A program made the translations under genes and the position numbers. Shown here piece after piece: positions 46,650-58,260 of a stretch of DNA of 64,000 bases (its first letter is position 1; each line of letters opens with the position of its first letter). The notes below the pieces were generated by a model. The model did no database searches, was not told where the DNA came from, and saw only the letters and a list, made by a program, of their open reading frames with translations. The DNA is from Selaginella moellendorffii. Its lineage: Eukaryota > Plantae > Lycopodiophyta. The DNA lies in NCBI RefSeq assembly GCF_000143415.4, contig NW_003314311.1, positions 1,372,769 through 1,436,768 on the forward strand, written 5' to 3'.

Positions 46650-47968
46650 ATCTGGCAATCATTGATGATGATTGACTATCATCTGAGATAGTTCATTATC
46701 CTTATCAAAAGTTTGCTTGATTATTGTCGATCTAGAATGATTTTTCATTCTTCAGGATGGTGGATCCTTTCTTCGATAATGATTATGCATCTCTTTATTG
46801 ATGGAATGATTAATGGTCTTTTGTGATAGTTAGTCATTCGCTTTGATGGCTTATGGCTTTTCGCAATACCACATGTTTTTGTGGTTTGCTTTGGATTGGT
46901 CTCTTGAGTTTGAGACATCAGGAGGATGTTGTTGACGATTATTTAAGCAACTTTGGTTCCTTAGTATTATTAATTAGGATTTATTCAGATTGACTAATAC
47001 GATACTTAGCATGAAAAAGTGTTTGTTGGTCTTATCACATTCATTCTGCTTTGTTGATTATTGCTCGAGTTACATTTGATAAATTTGTTTGTTATTTCCT
47101 TTGGGTTATACATTTGCAAGTATTGTGCTTGCTAGTCAATGATACTTTATATTCTTTGAGCTATCTTTTGTAAGTTGTTTAGCATTTTATTTGCAATCTT
47201 TGATAGTTCAATTTTATCATTGAGTTTTCTTGATGATAGATTGGCTATCAAATTTGTATGGTAAATCTTATATTTTCCAATCATAATAATCTTGGTGGTT
47301 TCTGTATTATACTACTGGTTTATCGGATGATAACTTACTTGGAATACTTTTGTGTTCTAATCTAAGATTTAATCACTGTTAATTAAGTCTCTAAGATATC
47401 ATTGTTTATGACTTTGATATGGTCTGTCTATTGATCTTTGAGTTTGGGCCAGTATAGGTAGACTGGCTTCAACACTTTGTGTGCATGGTGAAATCTTTAG
47501 TCATGGGGTAGCTACTGTCGACTGGTCACATCACCCACCTCTTTGTCAATGTTCCTTTTTCCGTTAAAAAGGCATGACCGAGTAAACACCTCTAACTGCT
47601 TGTTTACAGTAGTCTATCTAAACCTTACAGATGGGTTTGGTTTCTTTGTTCATGACGGTTGGGGCTTTTGGCTTCTCTCTCTGTGTCCCTGCGGGCAGGG
47701 GTGTATCACACTTTTGTAACCTGGGTGACAACTAGAGCAGCAAGGGTGGTTAACTTTGTTGGTCATTTCCTTGTCAACAATGGCTAGAAGGTGTCTTAGT
47801 TGGTAACGCATCCGCATTAGACAAAAAGGTTATCCTAACTCATTTAAGTTGGTACATTTCTCACATAGTGTGAATATCATAAACTTTTTCTAGAGTTGTT
47901 TCCTTGGTGGTATTCCAGACTAGAGTACACATCAACGAGGACCTCAATCTTCCCTAAAGGGGGGAGAG
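46650..47968 (+). mobile_element. Highly decayed internal region of an LTR retrotransposon (probably Ty3/gypsy) ending in a polypurine tract
   Basis: DYH-EIVHYP...LLS near 46675-46730 weakly resembles the RNaseH C-terminus. AAAGGGGGGAGAG (47956-47968) directly precedes the LTR. Confidence 0.5.
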
Positions 47969-49078
47969 GGTCGCAAATGTGACTTTGGGTATCGAAAGTT
48001 ACCTGTCGGCCAGTCCTTACGGACACTCTTTCCTTACTACCACAACGGCAGGAGGTTGGTATTGCTGGACTCGTTATCAGTCTCCGCCTAAGCTAGTTGA
48101 GAAATTGGTTTTCATATGTGCACTTGATCAAATGAGCATAAGGACGGAATTCCTAAGTGCTATTAGTCAAGCATACTTGACTTGGTTAGAGAAATTCATT
48201 TGTTAACTTGCACTTGCTTATGTTGAGAACCCTTGTGATATTGAGCTTAGTCCCTCAATATTAACTAAATGATAGCTTACCGTGTCTGCCATTATGCCCT
48301 TTGTGTTAGTCTTATTTCGGTCCTAAATGCTATTTATGGAAAGTGTTTAGATTTGCTCATTTGGCATATCTACGAAATGTAGAGATTGGATGGTGTTCAT
48401 CCTATGTTGAAATTCATATTCTAGCACCATTCCATATTTAGTAAATTTCGAGCTTGTCCCAGAGACTAACTCCTAATACTAAGGGAGGCTTGGGGTGAAA
48501 GCCTAAAGCGTGTGTCCCGGGGGGTTATGGGGGGTTCCAAATGTATAGTAGTGTATAGTAGGGATAGTGGGTAGGTCAAGCATGGCCGACCAACCTGTGG
48601 CATAATTTAGCTCTCGCTTGCGTGCCTGTCCTTATTTTGTGTCTGGCTTGGGTCTAAGCCCAAGCTCCACACCATGCTAACTGGTGGAGTACCTATGTCC
48701 TCGCGTTAAACCACTAGTATGCTAAAATAGCGCCAAACTTTATAATTTGGCTTCATTTTGCGTGCTGGTCCTGGCATTGGGATGCTGGATACTCTAGGAC
48801 TGTTCCAAGTCGCTCCGTGCCCCTGTCCCTTCGCTCTTTGGGCTATACGCTTGGGAGTTGCTCCATGGTCCAATTCCATCACTCCTTAGCTCCATACTTA
48901 AGAGTTTGGCTCCGTACCTTCGTTTAATGGCCCAAGGCCTTGAAACTTGAGTTCCACACCATTATCTTTGGACACATCGCATTTCTCACATTGCATAAAG
49001 AGGGTTTAAGTTCTACTTCATAGTGTTCTCCTATGGTAAATCACCATAGGATAAAGGGTTAAAACCACATACACTACA
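47969..49078 (+). mobile_element. 3' LTR of the same family (not solo)
   Basis: Colinear with 4432-5560 and 49432-50566. Preceded by a PPT, ends CACTACA, no TSD. Confidence 0.88.
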
Positions 49079-49431
49079 AAAGGCTATGTGTATATAGTGG
49101 GTGATGATATAACCATTAGTCAGTCCAAGACTAAAGTGAATATGAATGGATAAATAAGGTGACTTGGTGAAATGTTCAAGAGTGAACTTTAACTCCTCCA
49201 AGAGATTAAGTTGTTAATGTTCCCAATCCAAGTGTGGCAATAACTACTTGGATACTTTGTGTAGCTTATCGGAATCTCACTCTTGCTATAAAATCTCAAG
49301 CCATGGAAAGGAAGAGTAGTGGTCCTTTTACTTAATGACTAAAGGTATGGTTACATGGTGAGGAAATCTCAAAAGTTAGTGGGATTTAGTGGTCAAATTT
49401 TCAAGCTCTAGCTTACTGGCCATATTATTGA

Positions 49432-50566
49432 TGTCGCGAATGTGACTTTGGGTATTGAAAGTTACCTGTCGGCTAGTCCTTTCGGATATTCTTTCCTTAC
49501 TACCATGACGGCAGGAGGTCGGTATTACTGGACCCATTATCAGTTCCCACTTGAGCTAGTTGAGAAACTAGTTAATGACCATGCACTTAAATCAGATAAA
49601 CATAAGGTAGGAACTTCTATGTGTTTCTTGCTAAGCATACTCGGCCTAGTTTGAGAAACTCCTGTCATTGGCTTGCACTTGCTAGTATCAAGAACCCCTG
49701 CGATATTGAGATTGGTCTCTCAGATGATAGCTTACCGTGTCTGCCAAACACCCTCACTATCATGCCCTTTGTGTTGGTCTCATTTTAGTCCTAAATGCTA
49801 TTTATGGAAAGTGTCTAGATTTACTCATTTGGCATATCTACAGAATGTAGAGATTGTCCTGAACACAATGGTGTTCGTCCCGTGTCCAAATTCACAATCT
49901 AGGGACATTCTATATTTAATAAGTTTCGAGCTTGTCCCAGAGACTAACTCCTGATACTAAGGGAGGCTTGGGGTAAAAGCCCAAAGCGTGTGTTCCTCAA
50001 GGGGGGGGGCCTGTGGGGGGTTCCAAATGTATAGTAAGGATAGTGGGTAGGTCGGGCATGGCCGACCAACCTGAGGCATAGTCTAATTCCCGCTTGCGTG
50101 CCTGTCCTTGTTCTGCGTCCGGCTTGGGTCTAAGCCCAAGTTCCATTCCATGATAGCTGGTGGAGTACCCATGTCCTTGCGTTAGGCCACCGGTATGCCA
50201 AAATAGCCACAGACTCTGTTTGGCTCTGTTTTGCAGGCTGGTTCTGGCATTGGGATGTTAATTGCTCCAGGACTATTCCAAGTCGCTCCGAGCTCCTATC
50301 CCTTCACTCCTTGGGCTGCATGCTCGGGAGTTACTCCGTGGTCCGGTTCCGTCACTCCTTGGCTCCATGCTTGGGAGTTTGGCATTGTTCCTTCGTTCAG
50401 TGGCCCAAGGCCTTGAACCTCGAGTTCCGCACCACTGTCCTTTGGACACGTGGTATATGACACGTGGCATATGTCACGTGGCATAAAGAGGGTTTAGGTT
50501 CTGCTTCATGGTGTTATCCTATGGTAAATCACCATAGGATAAAGGGTATAAACCACGTGCGTTACA
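49432..50566 (+). mobile_element. Solo LTR (1135 bp) with 5-bp TSD ATTGA; youngest-looking copy
   Basis: TG...CA termini. ATTGA at 49427-49431 and 50567-50571. CpGs retained relative to the other copies. Confidence 0.93.
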
Positions 50567-52118
50567 ATTGAGCACTATCATGGATAAAAATAGACTTAAT
50601 AGGGACCGAAAAATGGATATTTGGGAATGGTGTTCCCCATGTTTTAATGCATTCTAAGGATGCTAAAGTGTGGTTAAAAGATGACCATTTGTGGATAGAT
50701 GGCACGATCTTGGAGAAACAAATTCCTTACCACCTACCCCAAAGGCCATTTTAAGCCTTAAAGGTAAGATGACTTTTGATTTGTTAATTAGTTATCACTT
50801 AACAATTCCTTCCCTCCAACCCCAATCCCAACCCCAACAACAAAGTCATTGTGCCTAAGGACAAGTTATATAAATGATCAACCTTTCTAGAGAACTATAT
50901 TTAAGCTCTTGATGCATCATCTATAGTTGTATATATCAAGGAATCACTAGGTTCTTCACTCTAAACTAGTGTATATTTTAACTATCTAATATAAAACAAG
51001 TTGAGTTTTCACTTCAATTGGCTATTGCATCCAATAAGCCCATCTTATCAATGCACTATAACACTTAATATGGAGTAATATATCTATAAAAAAATTTATC
51101 ACTTTTACCACTCTACAAAAGCATTAAAGTGTTCTACTACTCACTTGATGGAAAGATTGTTCACACAAAGATGAGATCTTCTACTTTTTATTTCCAAAAT
51201 TGATAATGCTCATTGACAAACTTCTTTGCTTTGTCTTAAGCCAGCAAATTCAGTGTATTTACCATTAGAATATTATTAAGTTCTATACTTGATCACTTAT
51301 TTCTAATCAAACTTGTGTTGAACATCCTTCCTTAAATGAAATCAGGGTTATTATTGTTTATCCAATCCAGTGGTTCTTAATTTTTAAGAATATTTACTTT
51401 AACTTTAAGGACTGAGCTTGATTTCATATGTTGGCTATTGTTATGGATGAATTGCATCAATAGAAGATACAACTAACTTTTGAGATCCTTAGTGTGATGT
51501 CTGTCATTGTCATAACTATAGCCTAAATCCATGAACAAAATAAAAGAGACAGATGGAGAGGGAAATTTTCCTAACACTAAGAACTTTTATGACATAAATG
51601 TGGCTCTACAAACCAAATTTAATTATAATTCTAAATATATGATATTAATATTTTATGACATAAATGTGGCTCTATAAACCGAATATTAATTTATAATACT
51701 AAATATATAATACAATATATCAATATACAATACAAACAAATTTCGGTTAGCAAACCAAAGAAAACAGCACAATGCAGAAAAATAATTTATTATCATTAAC
51801 TCTGATATGTAAGGACTACTTTTATTTGCATAAAGACATGCCTTTCTTTTAAAATTCATATTTAAATTAATATTCTCAAATTAGATTCTTGAAATAAATA
51901 TTTAATAAATTTATAAGCTTTCAAATGAATAATATTAATCAAATTTTAAATAAATTAACTACTTTGTTATTAACCAAAATTAATAATAATATATAGCATA
52001 AATTTAATTATTTAAGTAAATAAAACAAAATTATGAAAAAGTAAGTATAAACCATAAATATAAATATTTAGAGTTTAATCTTTATTTTAGCACTAAAACA
52101 TTCACACAATTTTTCCTC

Positions 52119-53039
52119 ATGAAATATATATATATTATTATAGTTCTTTACTCGTATTTTTATGTAGCTTATACTCAGAAGGAGTTTCATTATGAAAATT
52201 ATGGAAATAATGGAGCAATGCCAAAGCAAATAAATATGAATATGATAATTAGTTCCATGTTTATATTCATAACTAATTCATTACCTTCAGGTGGAACTAC
52301 ACCAGAGAATTCTATATTTCATACATTCATTATTGGAGACATTTTAGAAGATACAACATTAATAATAGATATATTATTTGTTATTATATCTGCTAGTATA
52401 AATTGTCCATTAGACGATAATGGTATTCGTCAGATTAATAATGATAATACTAGGGATGTTTTGTTAAGAGTTGCTGAACAAACTTATCGTTCTATCCAAA
52501 ATGCAAGAGCATCATATTTTATGAGTATTATTGTTCAACATGATATTGGTATTTTTTTAATATTATATCAAATCCGTGGATATACTCTTAGAATAACTCC
52601 TCATTATAATATTAATACATTTTCAATTCCATATAAATTTTGTAATTTCTTAAAAAATAGATTATTTAGTGGATATAAAGGTTTGTTTATTGCCACACTT
52701 AATGCTGGTGAATTTTTAATACATCTTTATAAAGCATATGTGTTTTTAGTACAACATGATTGTAACAGTGTTTTATATTACAAAAATATAGTTTTATGGA
52801 ATACTGAAACATATGGAGAAGGTTTTGATTGTAAATTCAGATTGCAAGAAGATGGAAATTTTGTTTTATATTCAGCATTTGATTTGAAACCATTATATGC
52901 AACTGGAACTTATTGTAAGAAATTTAATTGTGTAAGCCCATCAATGCTTATTCTACAATTAGATTGTAATTTAATTTTATATGATGATGATAAACCTTCT
53001 ATTCAAATGTGGTCAAGTAAAACAATATGTTATAAATAA
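52119..53039 (+). CDS. AT-rich intronless putative secreted protein with C-terminal bulb-type (GNA/B) lectin domain
   Basis: 306-aa ORF. Hydrophobic N-terminus MKYIYIIIVLYSYFYVAYTQ. Three QxDxNxVxY-like repeats (QHDCNSVLY, QEDGNFVLY, QLDCNLILY) with LWNTET and MWSSKT. Confidence 0.75.
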   Translation: MKYIYIIIVLYSYFYVAYTQKEFHYENYGNNGAMPKQINMNMIISSMFIFITNSLPSGGTTPENSIFHTFIIGDILEDTTLIIDILFVIISASINCPLDDNGIRQINNDNTRDVLLRVAEQTYRSIQNARASYFMSIIVQHDIGIFLILYQIRGYTLRITPHYNINTFSIPYKFCNFLKNRLFSGYKGLFIATLNAGEFLIHLYKAYVFLVQHDCNSVLYYKNIVLWNTETYGEGFDCKFRLQEDGNFVLYSAFDLKPLYATGTYCKKFNCVSPSMLILQLDCNLILYDDDKPSIQMWSSKTICYK

Positions 53040-54608
53040 TAATTTTAAATGTAATCACAAATTTAAAAAAATTGAGACTTATTTTCCAACATATAGTGTT
53101 TTTTTTCTATTATTACTCAAAGATAATCTCATAAATATTCAGCCTTTAGTAATAATATAAAAAATTGTATTTTAGATCTGGATTTGAACTAAAGAAGATA
53201 TTGTTTACTTTATAAAAATACAATAAGGCCCATGGGCCAACAAGAAGAATCAGAGCAAATACTAACATAAGACATTGTCAAGAGCACATTTTAGTAAAAG
53301 ATTATATGAAAGATTTTTATGATGAGAAAGATCTCCAAGTTATTAGAACCATGAGGAATGGAAGTGTGAAATAGGCATTCTAACAACAAAGATATATTAC
53401 CCTCTACCTAGAATGAAACAGTGACTACAGAAACAGCAGTCAATAGTAGTTGCAAAATCAAGTTCATGCCCAACATCATTTTCAATACACACTCCACTAT
53501 CATGGCTATTCACAATTACTCTCTTAGATGCTATCTTGTCACCATTCCTCTCACATCCACAATACCATTCCTCCATATCCACTGCCAGTCATTGAAACTT
53601 ATGGAGCCAAATCAAGATATCATTGGGGTACTCTCCATGGACTATATGGCCATTATCTAGGTATGGGCTTGCTTTTTTTCTTGCCCTTTAGCCTCTCTTT
53701 ATTTTCTTTTCCATGTTCCCATGTGGTTTCCCACACTCTCTGCCCCACTTCTTTCTCTTGTTTTTCAACACTTTCCTTTGCTCTTTTCTTTGTTATCCTT
53801 CTGGAAATATCCCTGAGCTTATGTCCATTGATTGTTTGGGAAAAGATAATCTCGACTTCTAAATAACATCTCATGGTTGCATGGTTACTCTTTGCTGGCT
53901 GCAAAGAAACCCATGGGTTCTTATACATCATGACAAAGAAAAGTCTCAATTATATCTTATGACTAGTTTGTTCAATTGCAATGATTGTTGATATTACTGG
54001 TGGTTGGTGATGGCTTTGATGAAGTGATGTAAAGAGATATCATGGAAAATGATGGAGTATGGAGGAAAGTGGAAAATGGAAAAAAATACATTGTGCTAGA
54101 TCAATTGATTTTTGATGATTTTTGTTCTACCAGTGAAAGCAATTTATAGAATTCTGTACTTTTTTTGGCATTTCTCGACATTCCTCAAGAAGCATTTTAT
54201 AATTGGTGTTATTCCCAACTAATAATTGATTAATTGTTGATGAAGTTTTTTGTTATTCTTGACTACCATAGGACAACGAAACACTTGGAGTATCAAGGTT
54301 ATTCTGTTCCTTTTCTACTCTGGAGCTCTTGGATGCAACTCCCCTGGCCGTGGACGAATTTGACCTCGGGGAGTATTAGCTATGCCAGTAATAGCTGAGG
54401 TGAGAGTGATGTTGGTGGGCAGAATGCCGTAGACAAGCACCAACGATAATGCCGCGAATTTGCTGCGAGGCCAAGCAAGATCACGGGATTACATCCCACC
54501 GGAAGAGCGTCTTCTAATCAATCTCGGACAAGGGAGACCGGAGAATGCGGGAACTAGCGATCGTTGTCTATAGAACCCTTTAAAAAGGAGGGTTTTAGGG
54601 TTTTGGGG

Positions 54609-56675
54609 ATGGAAGACGCGATCGAGGAGCGCTACACGCGATGGAAGTCCTCCGTGCCCCTTCTCTACGACTGGTTTACTAATCACAATCTCACCTGGCC
54701 CTCTCTCAGCTGCCGGTAAGCATATGGATCACACAGTCCGGCATTCTCTCTACTAAACTTTCACGCTGCCCATGGTTTTGGTTTTTAGCTGGGGGCCTTC
54801 GGTGGAGCAGGGATCATCTAGAAATCTTCAGCAGCTCTACTTCAGCGAGCAGGCAAGTGATTCCTTTCCTACTCTTCCTCTTGCTACTTTGAAGGCAATT
54901 TCTTTTTCTTCTTGCTCTCTCTCGGCAGACTTATGGGCAGTATCCAAACACGCTTGTAGTTGTCAACTGTGAGATCATAAAACCACGATATGCTGCTCAC
55001 GAGAGCTTATCCCAGGTATGGTTCATCAAAGTTTTTCCTTCCTCTTTTATACGAGAGTGCTTCTAGTTTAACGAGGAAGCTCGATCGCCATACATCAAGC
55101 GGCTTAAAACCGTGATCCATCCTGGCGAGGTCAGGAACCAAGAACAAGAAAAACTTAATCGGTTTTGAGCTTGTTTACCACAGGTGAACCGAATACGAGA
55201 CTTACCTCAACTTAGCAGCAAAGTTGTGGCCACGCACACTGATAAGCCCGAGGTTTATCAATTCAATCCTTCGTAGAGTCTCACGACTTTCATTCAGGTG
55301 TACGTGTGGAATCTCGAATCACAGCCAAATCGATCTCCAGCACCAGGAGCTTCTCCTTCAAAGCCTGATATGGTATTGCGGTTTTTTTTTCCTATGCTTT
55401 AGACAATAAGTTCGTTCTTTGGCTCTTTGTCCAGGTATTGACGGGCCATACCGCAAACGCGGAGTACGCTCTTGCATTGTGTTCGTGTGAACCGTTTGTT
55501 CTATCTGGAGGTTAATCTCGTTTTAACTCTCGACTGGTTTTTTCATTCTGTCCTTGCTGTGCTAAATGCGTTTTTTATTTTCTTGTCGTAGGACAAGATC
55601 GGAAGGTTCTGCTTTGGGACATCAACGACGCCGTATCTGGACTTAATACACCAGGAAGACCTACTATGAACAGCGGTGGAACAGGCATGATAAGCAGCAC
55701 TCACGTTTCAGCAACTGGCATCTTCAAAGGTCATTCTAAAACTGTGGAAGACGTTCAGTTTCGACCATCAAGGTATGGGGCGATCGTCTTTGGATCTTGT
55801 TTCATGATAAAACATTGCTATGCAGTGCAAATGAGTTTTGCAGCGTCGGAGATGACCGCTGTATCATTTTTTGGGACAAGAGACAGGGTAACAGTCCAGC
55901 ACAAAAGGTACTTACAACTCTTCCTTTTTCTTCTTTCCGGCTAAACTATGCTCTTGCAGATTACTGATGCACACGACGATGATATTCATTGCTTAGATTG
56001 GAACGCTCATCAGGAGCATTACATTTTGACAGGGTAAAAGTTCCTCGTGCATCACTCTGCTTTAACCTGAAACTCTTTCCGTAGGTCCGCCGATACTTCT
56101 GTCAAGCTCTTCGATCTAAGAAAACTGGATTCGAATGAAAGTGGCTGTCAAGTGAAAAAGTTCAAAACACACGAAAGTGCAGTCTTGGGTGTGCAAGTAA
56201 GAGTACTTGTCTCAAGTATCTGAAAGATGCAAATGAAATTCTTTTACTTGCAGTGGTGCCCTGCAAAAGCGTCAGCTTTCGCTAGTGCTGCAGCGGACTC
56301 CACGGTGAGCATCAGTGATATCGAGATAAGTTTCAAGAGCTCAGATTCCAACGCAAACCATTCGGAAGGACTGATCTTCAAGCACATTGGACACAGGTGA
56401 TCTAGAAAAGCATGCTTTTCCTTTCTTGAGGTGGAGGTTCATTCAGGGGCCAAATCGTCGACTTCCACTGGGATCCTTTGGAGCCATGGTTACTGGCGAC
56501 CGTGTCCACAGACGCGAAAGGTGGCGGCACACTACAGGTACAAGAAAGTCCATGTTGTTTCACAGTCTAAGATTTTTTTTACCTGTAGCTTTGGCGACTT
56601 AGCGACTTAATCTACCGACCAGAAGACGAAGTTCTTGCAGAGCTAGAGAGCTTAACGAATAAGTCCACAATCTGA
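54609..56675 (+). CDS. MSI4: MSI4/FVE-like WD40 histone-binding protein (RBBP4 family), ~15 exons
   Basis: ERYTRWKSSVPLLYDWFTNHNLTWPSLSCR|WGP; HPGE|VNRIRDLPQ; LTGHTANAEYALA; FKHIGH; LWRLSDLIYRPEDEV. One GC-AG intron at 54853. Confidence 0.9.
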
Positions 56676-56971
56676 TCTAACAGCGCTGGATATACTCTGG
56701 TATATTTATTCATCTCACATGTCGCTGGTTTCAATCAAGCTTGCTGCAGGCTTTTGGTAAAGTCGAGTAAATGCAAAACAAGTTTGGTACTGCGCGAATG
56801 CTGCAGCTCACACCAAACTGGCGGATAGGTTCTCGCAGAAGGGCACAAAGCCCACAAGATGTTGGCCGTGGTGGCTTTGAAGCCGCAATGTCTGTTGACG
56901 ACGACGACGACGACAACTCTCCAGAAAACGCAAGGACGAAGAAGAAGCAGCACCAACAACAGCAAGAACAA

Positions 56972-58117
56972 ATGGTGAGTTCCTCAGGAAAGCTCTCAAG
57001 AAAGACAGCACGGATCCGGGTATGGTGGCTGCTCTCGATTTGGTTCTCAGCTTTAGCTCGGATAGCAGCGGCAAGAGGGTGCTCGAATGAGCTCAAGTTG
57101 AGCCTCGGCATGGCTCCAAACGCCATGCCCGAGGAAGTGGTCCACAAGGTTGACAGGATGATCCAAGTTCACGCTTTTAGAGCACTCTTGAGACCACACA
57201 CTGGCACTGTCTACGACGTTCCACTTCCAATGGGGATCCAACCGGGCCTCTCCGTCCAAGCCGTGAGACTCAAGACTGGAAGCTTGCAACACCGGGGATT
57301 CATCTTCAACGAGTTCATCCTCCCTCCAAGGCTTGCGGTGACGACGAGAGTGAATTCCAGGGAAGAGGTTCCGGAGTACGTGGTTCTCGTCTACAGGTTT
57401 TTCAGCATGAGATTCTCGGCCTACTGTCCGAAGAACGGGATCTCGATCATCGGTCCCGTGGTGGGAATCCGAGCTTACAGTGGGATGGATATGGAGGAGA
57501 GCTCTTCCGGAGTGAAAGCGCCTGTAGAGGCCGAAGTGGTGGCTTTGGAAGACCCCGTGACAGTTCGCATTCCAATCTTTCCACTCTCCGACTCCAACAA
57601 GGTGAATCCGGCGATGTGCGCTCTCTTCGACGGAAACGGGAACACCACCGTCACTCCCATGACTTACGTGAACGTTTGCTCCATGTATCAACTTGGTGAC
57701 GCCACGCTCGTGAACTTCTCCGCGAACAGCACCGGCGAGAGCTGGACGGATCCGATCGAAGCTCCAGCCCCCGCGCCGGGAAAGCACGCGAGGGATCATC
57801 CCAGCCACGCTGCGCCATCGCCCTCGTCATCGTCTTCGTCCATGGGAGAAAGCAAAGCTCGCCGGAGGCGTTCCTCGTCGAGAATTAAAGCTGGGATCTT
57901 GGGAACAATGGGGGCACTGACAGTGATGATCTTGGGAGCTTTCGTTGGAATGGCCGGTCTGAGAATCCACCACGCTGCGAGGATTTTTAAAATGGAGATC
58001 CAAGCAAGCGAGAGTGAGTCGCTAGGAATGACGTTGATATCGTACAACGCACGGCCTCCCAATGCCCGTGCTAGCCGTACGAAGCCGTGTCTAGAGAAGG
58101 ACTATATCTTCCGATAG
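56972..58117 (+). CDS. DUF1191-family plant membrane protein, single exon (start uncertain; ORF open from 56771)
   Basis: RPHTGTVYDVPLP..VQAVRLKTGSL..G..FNEFILP, GPVVGIRAY, C-terminal TM helix and ME..A..SESL..ARASRTKP.LE. Confidence 0.85.
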   Translation: MVSSSGKLSRKTARIRVWWLLSIWFSALARIAAARGCSNELKLSLGMAPNAMPEEVVHKVDRMIQVHAFRALLRPHTGTVYDVPLPMGIQPGLSVQAVRLKTGSLQHRGFIFNEFILPPRLAVTTRVNSREEVPEYVVLVYRFFSMRFSAYCPKNGISIIGPVVGIRAYSGMDMEESSSGVKAPVEAEVVALEDPVTVRIPIFPLSDSNKVNPAMCALFDGNGNTTVTPMTYVNVCSMYQLGDATLVNFSANSTGESWTDPIEAPAPAPGKHARDHPSHAAPSPSSSSSSMGESKARRRRSSSRIKAGILGTMGALTVMILGAFVGMAGLRIHHAARIFKMEIQASESESLGMTLISYNARPPNARASRTKPCLEKDYIFR

Positions 58118-58260
58118 CGAGCTATGGATTTTTTCTCTGTCTCGTGTGTGTATTTTTCGAATGGAAAGAATATTACTTGGCTCTCTCAAGAACCCTAAAG
58201 TTCGAGGATTTTTCTTTGTGGTCATGAAATATTTTGGGGGATTGTTTGGCGCTTAGAGCA

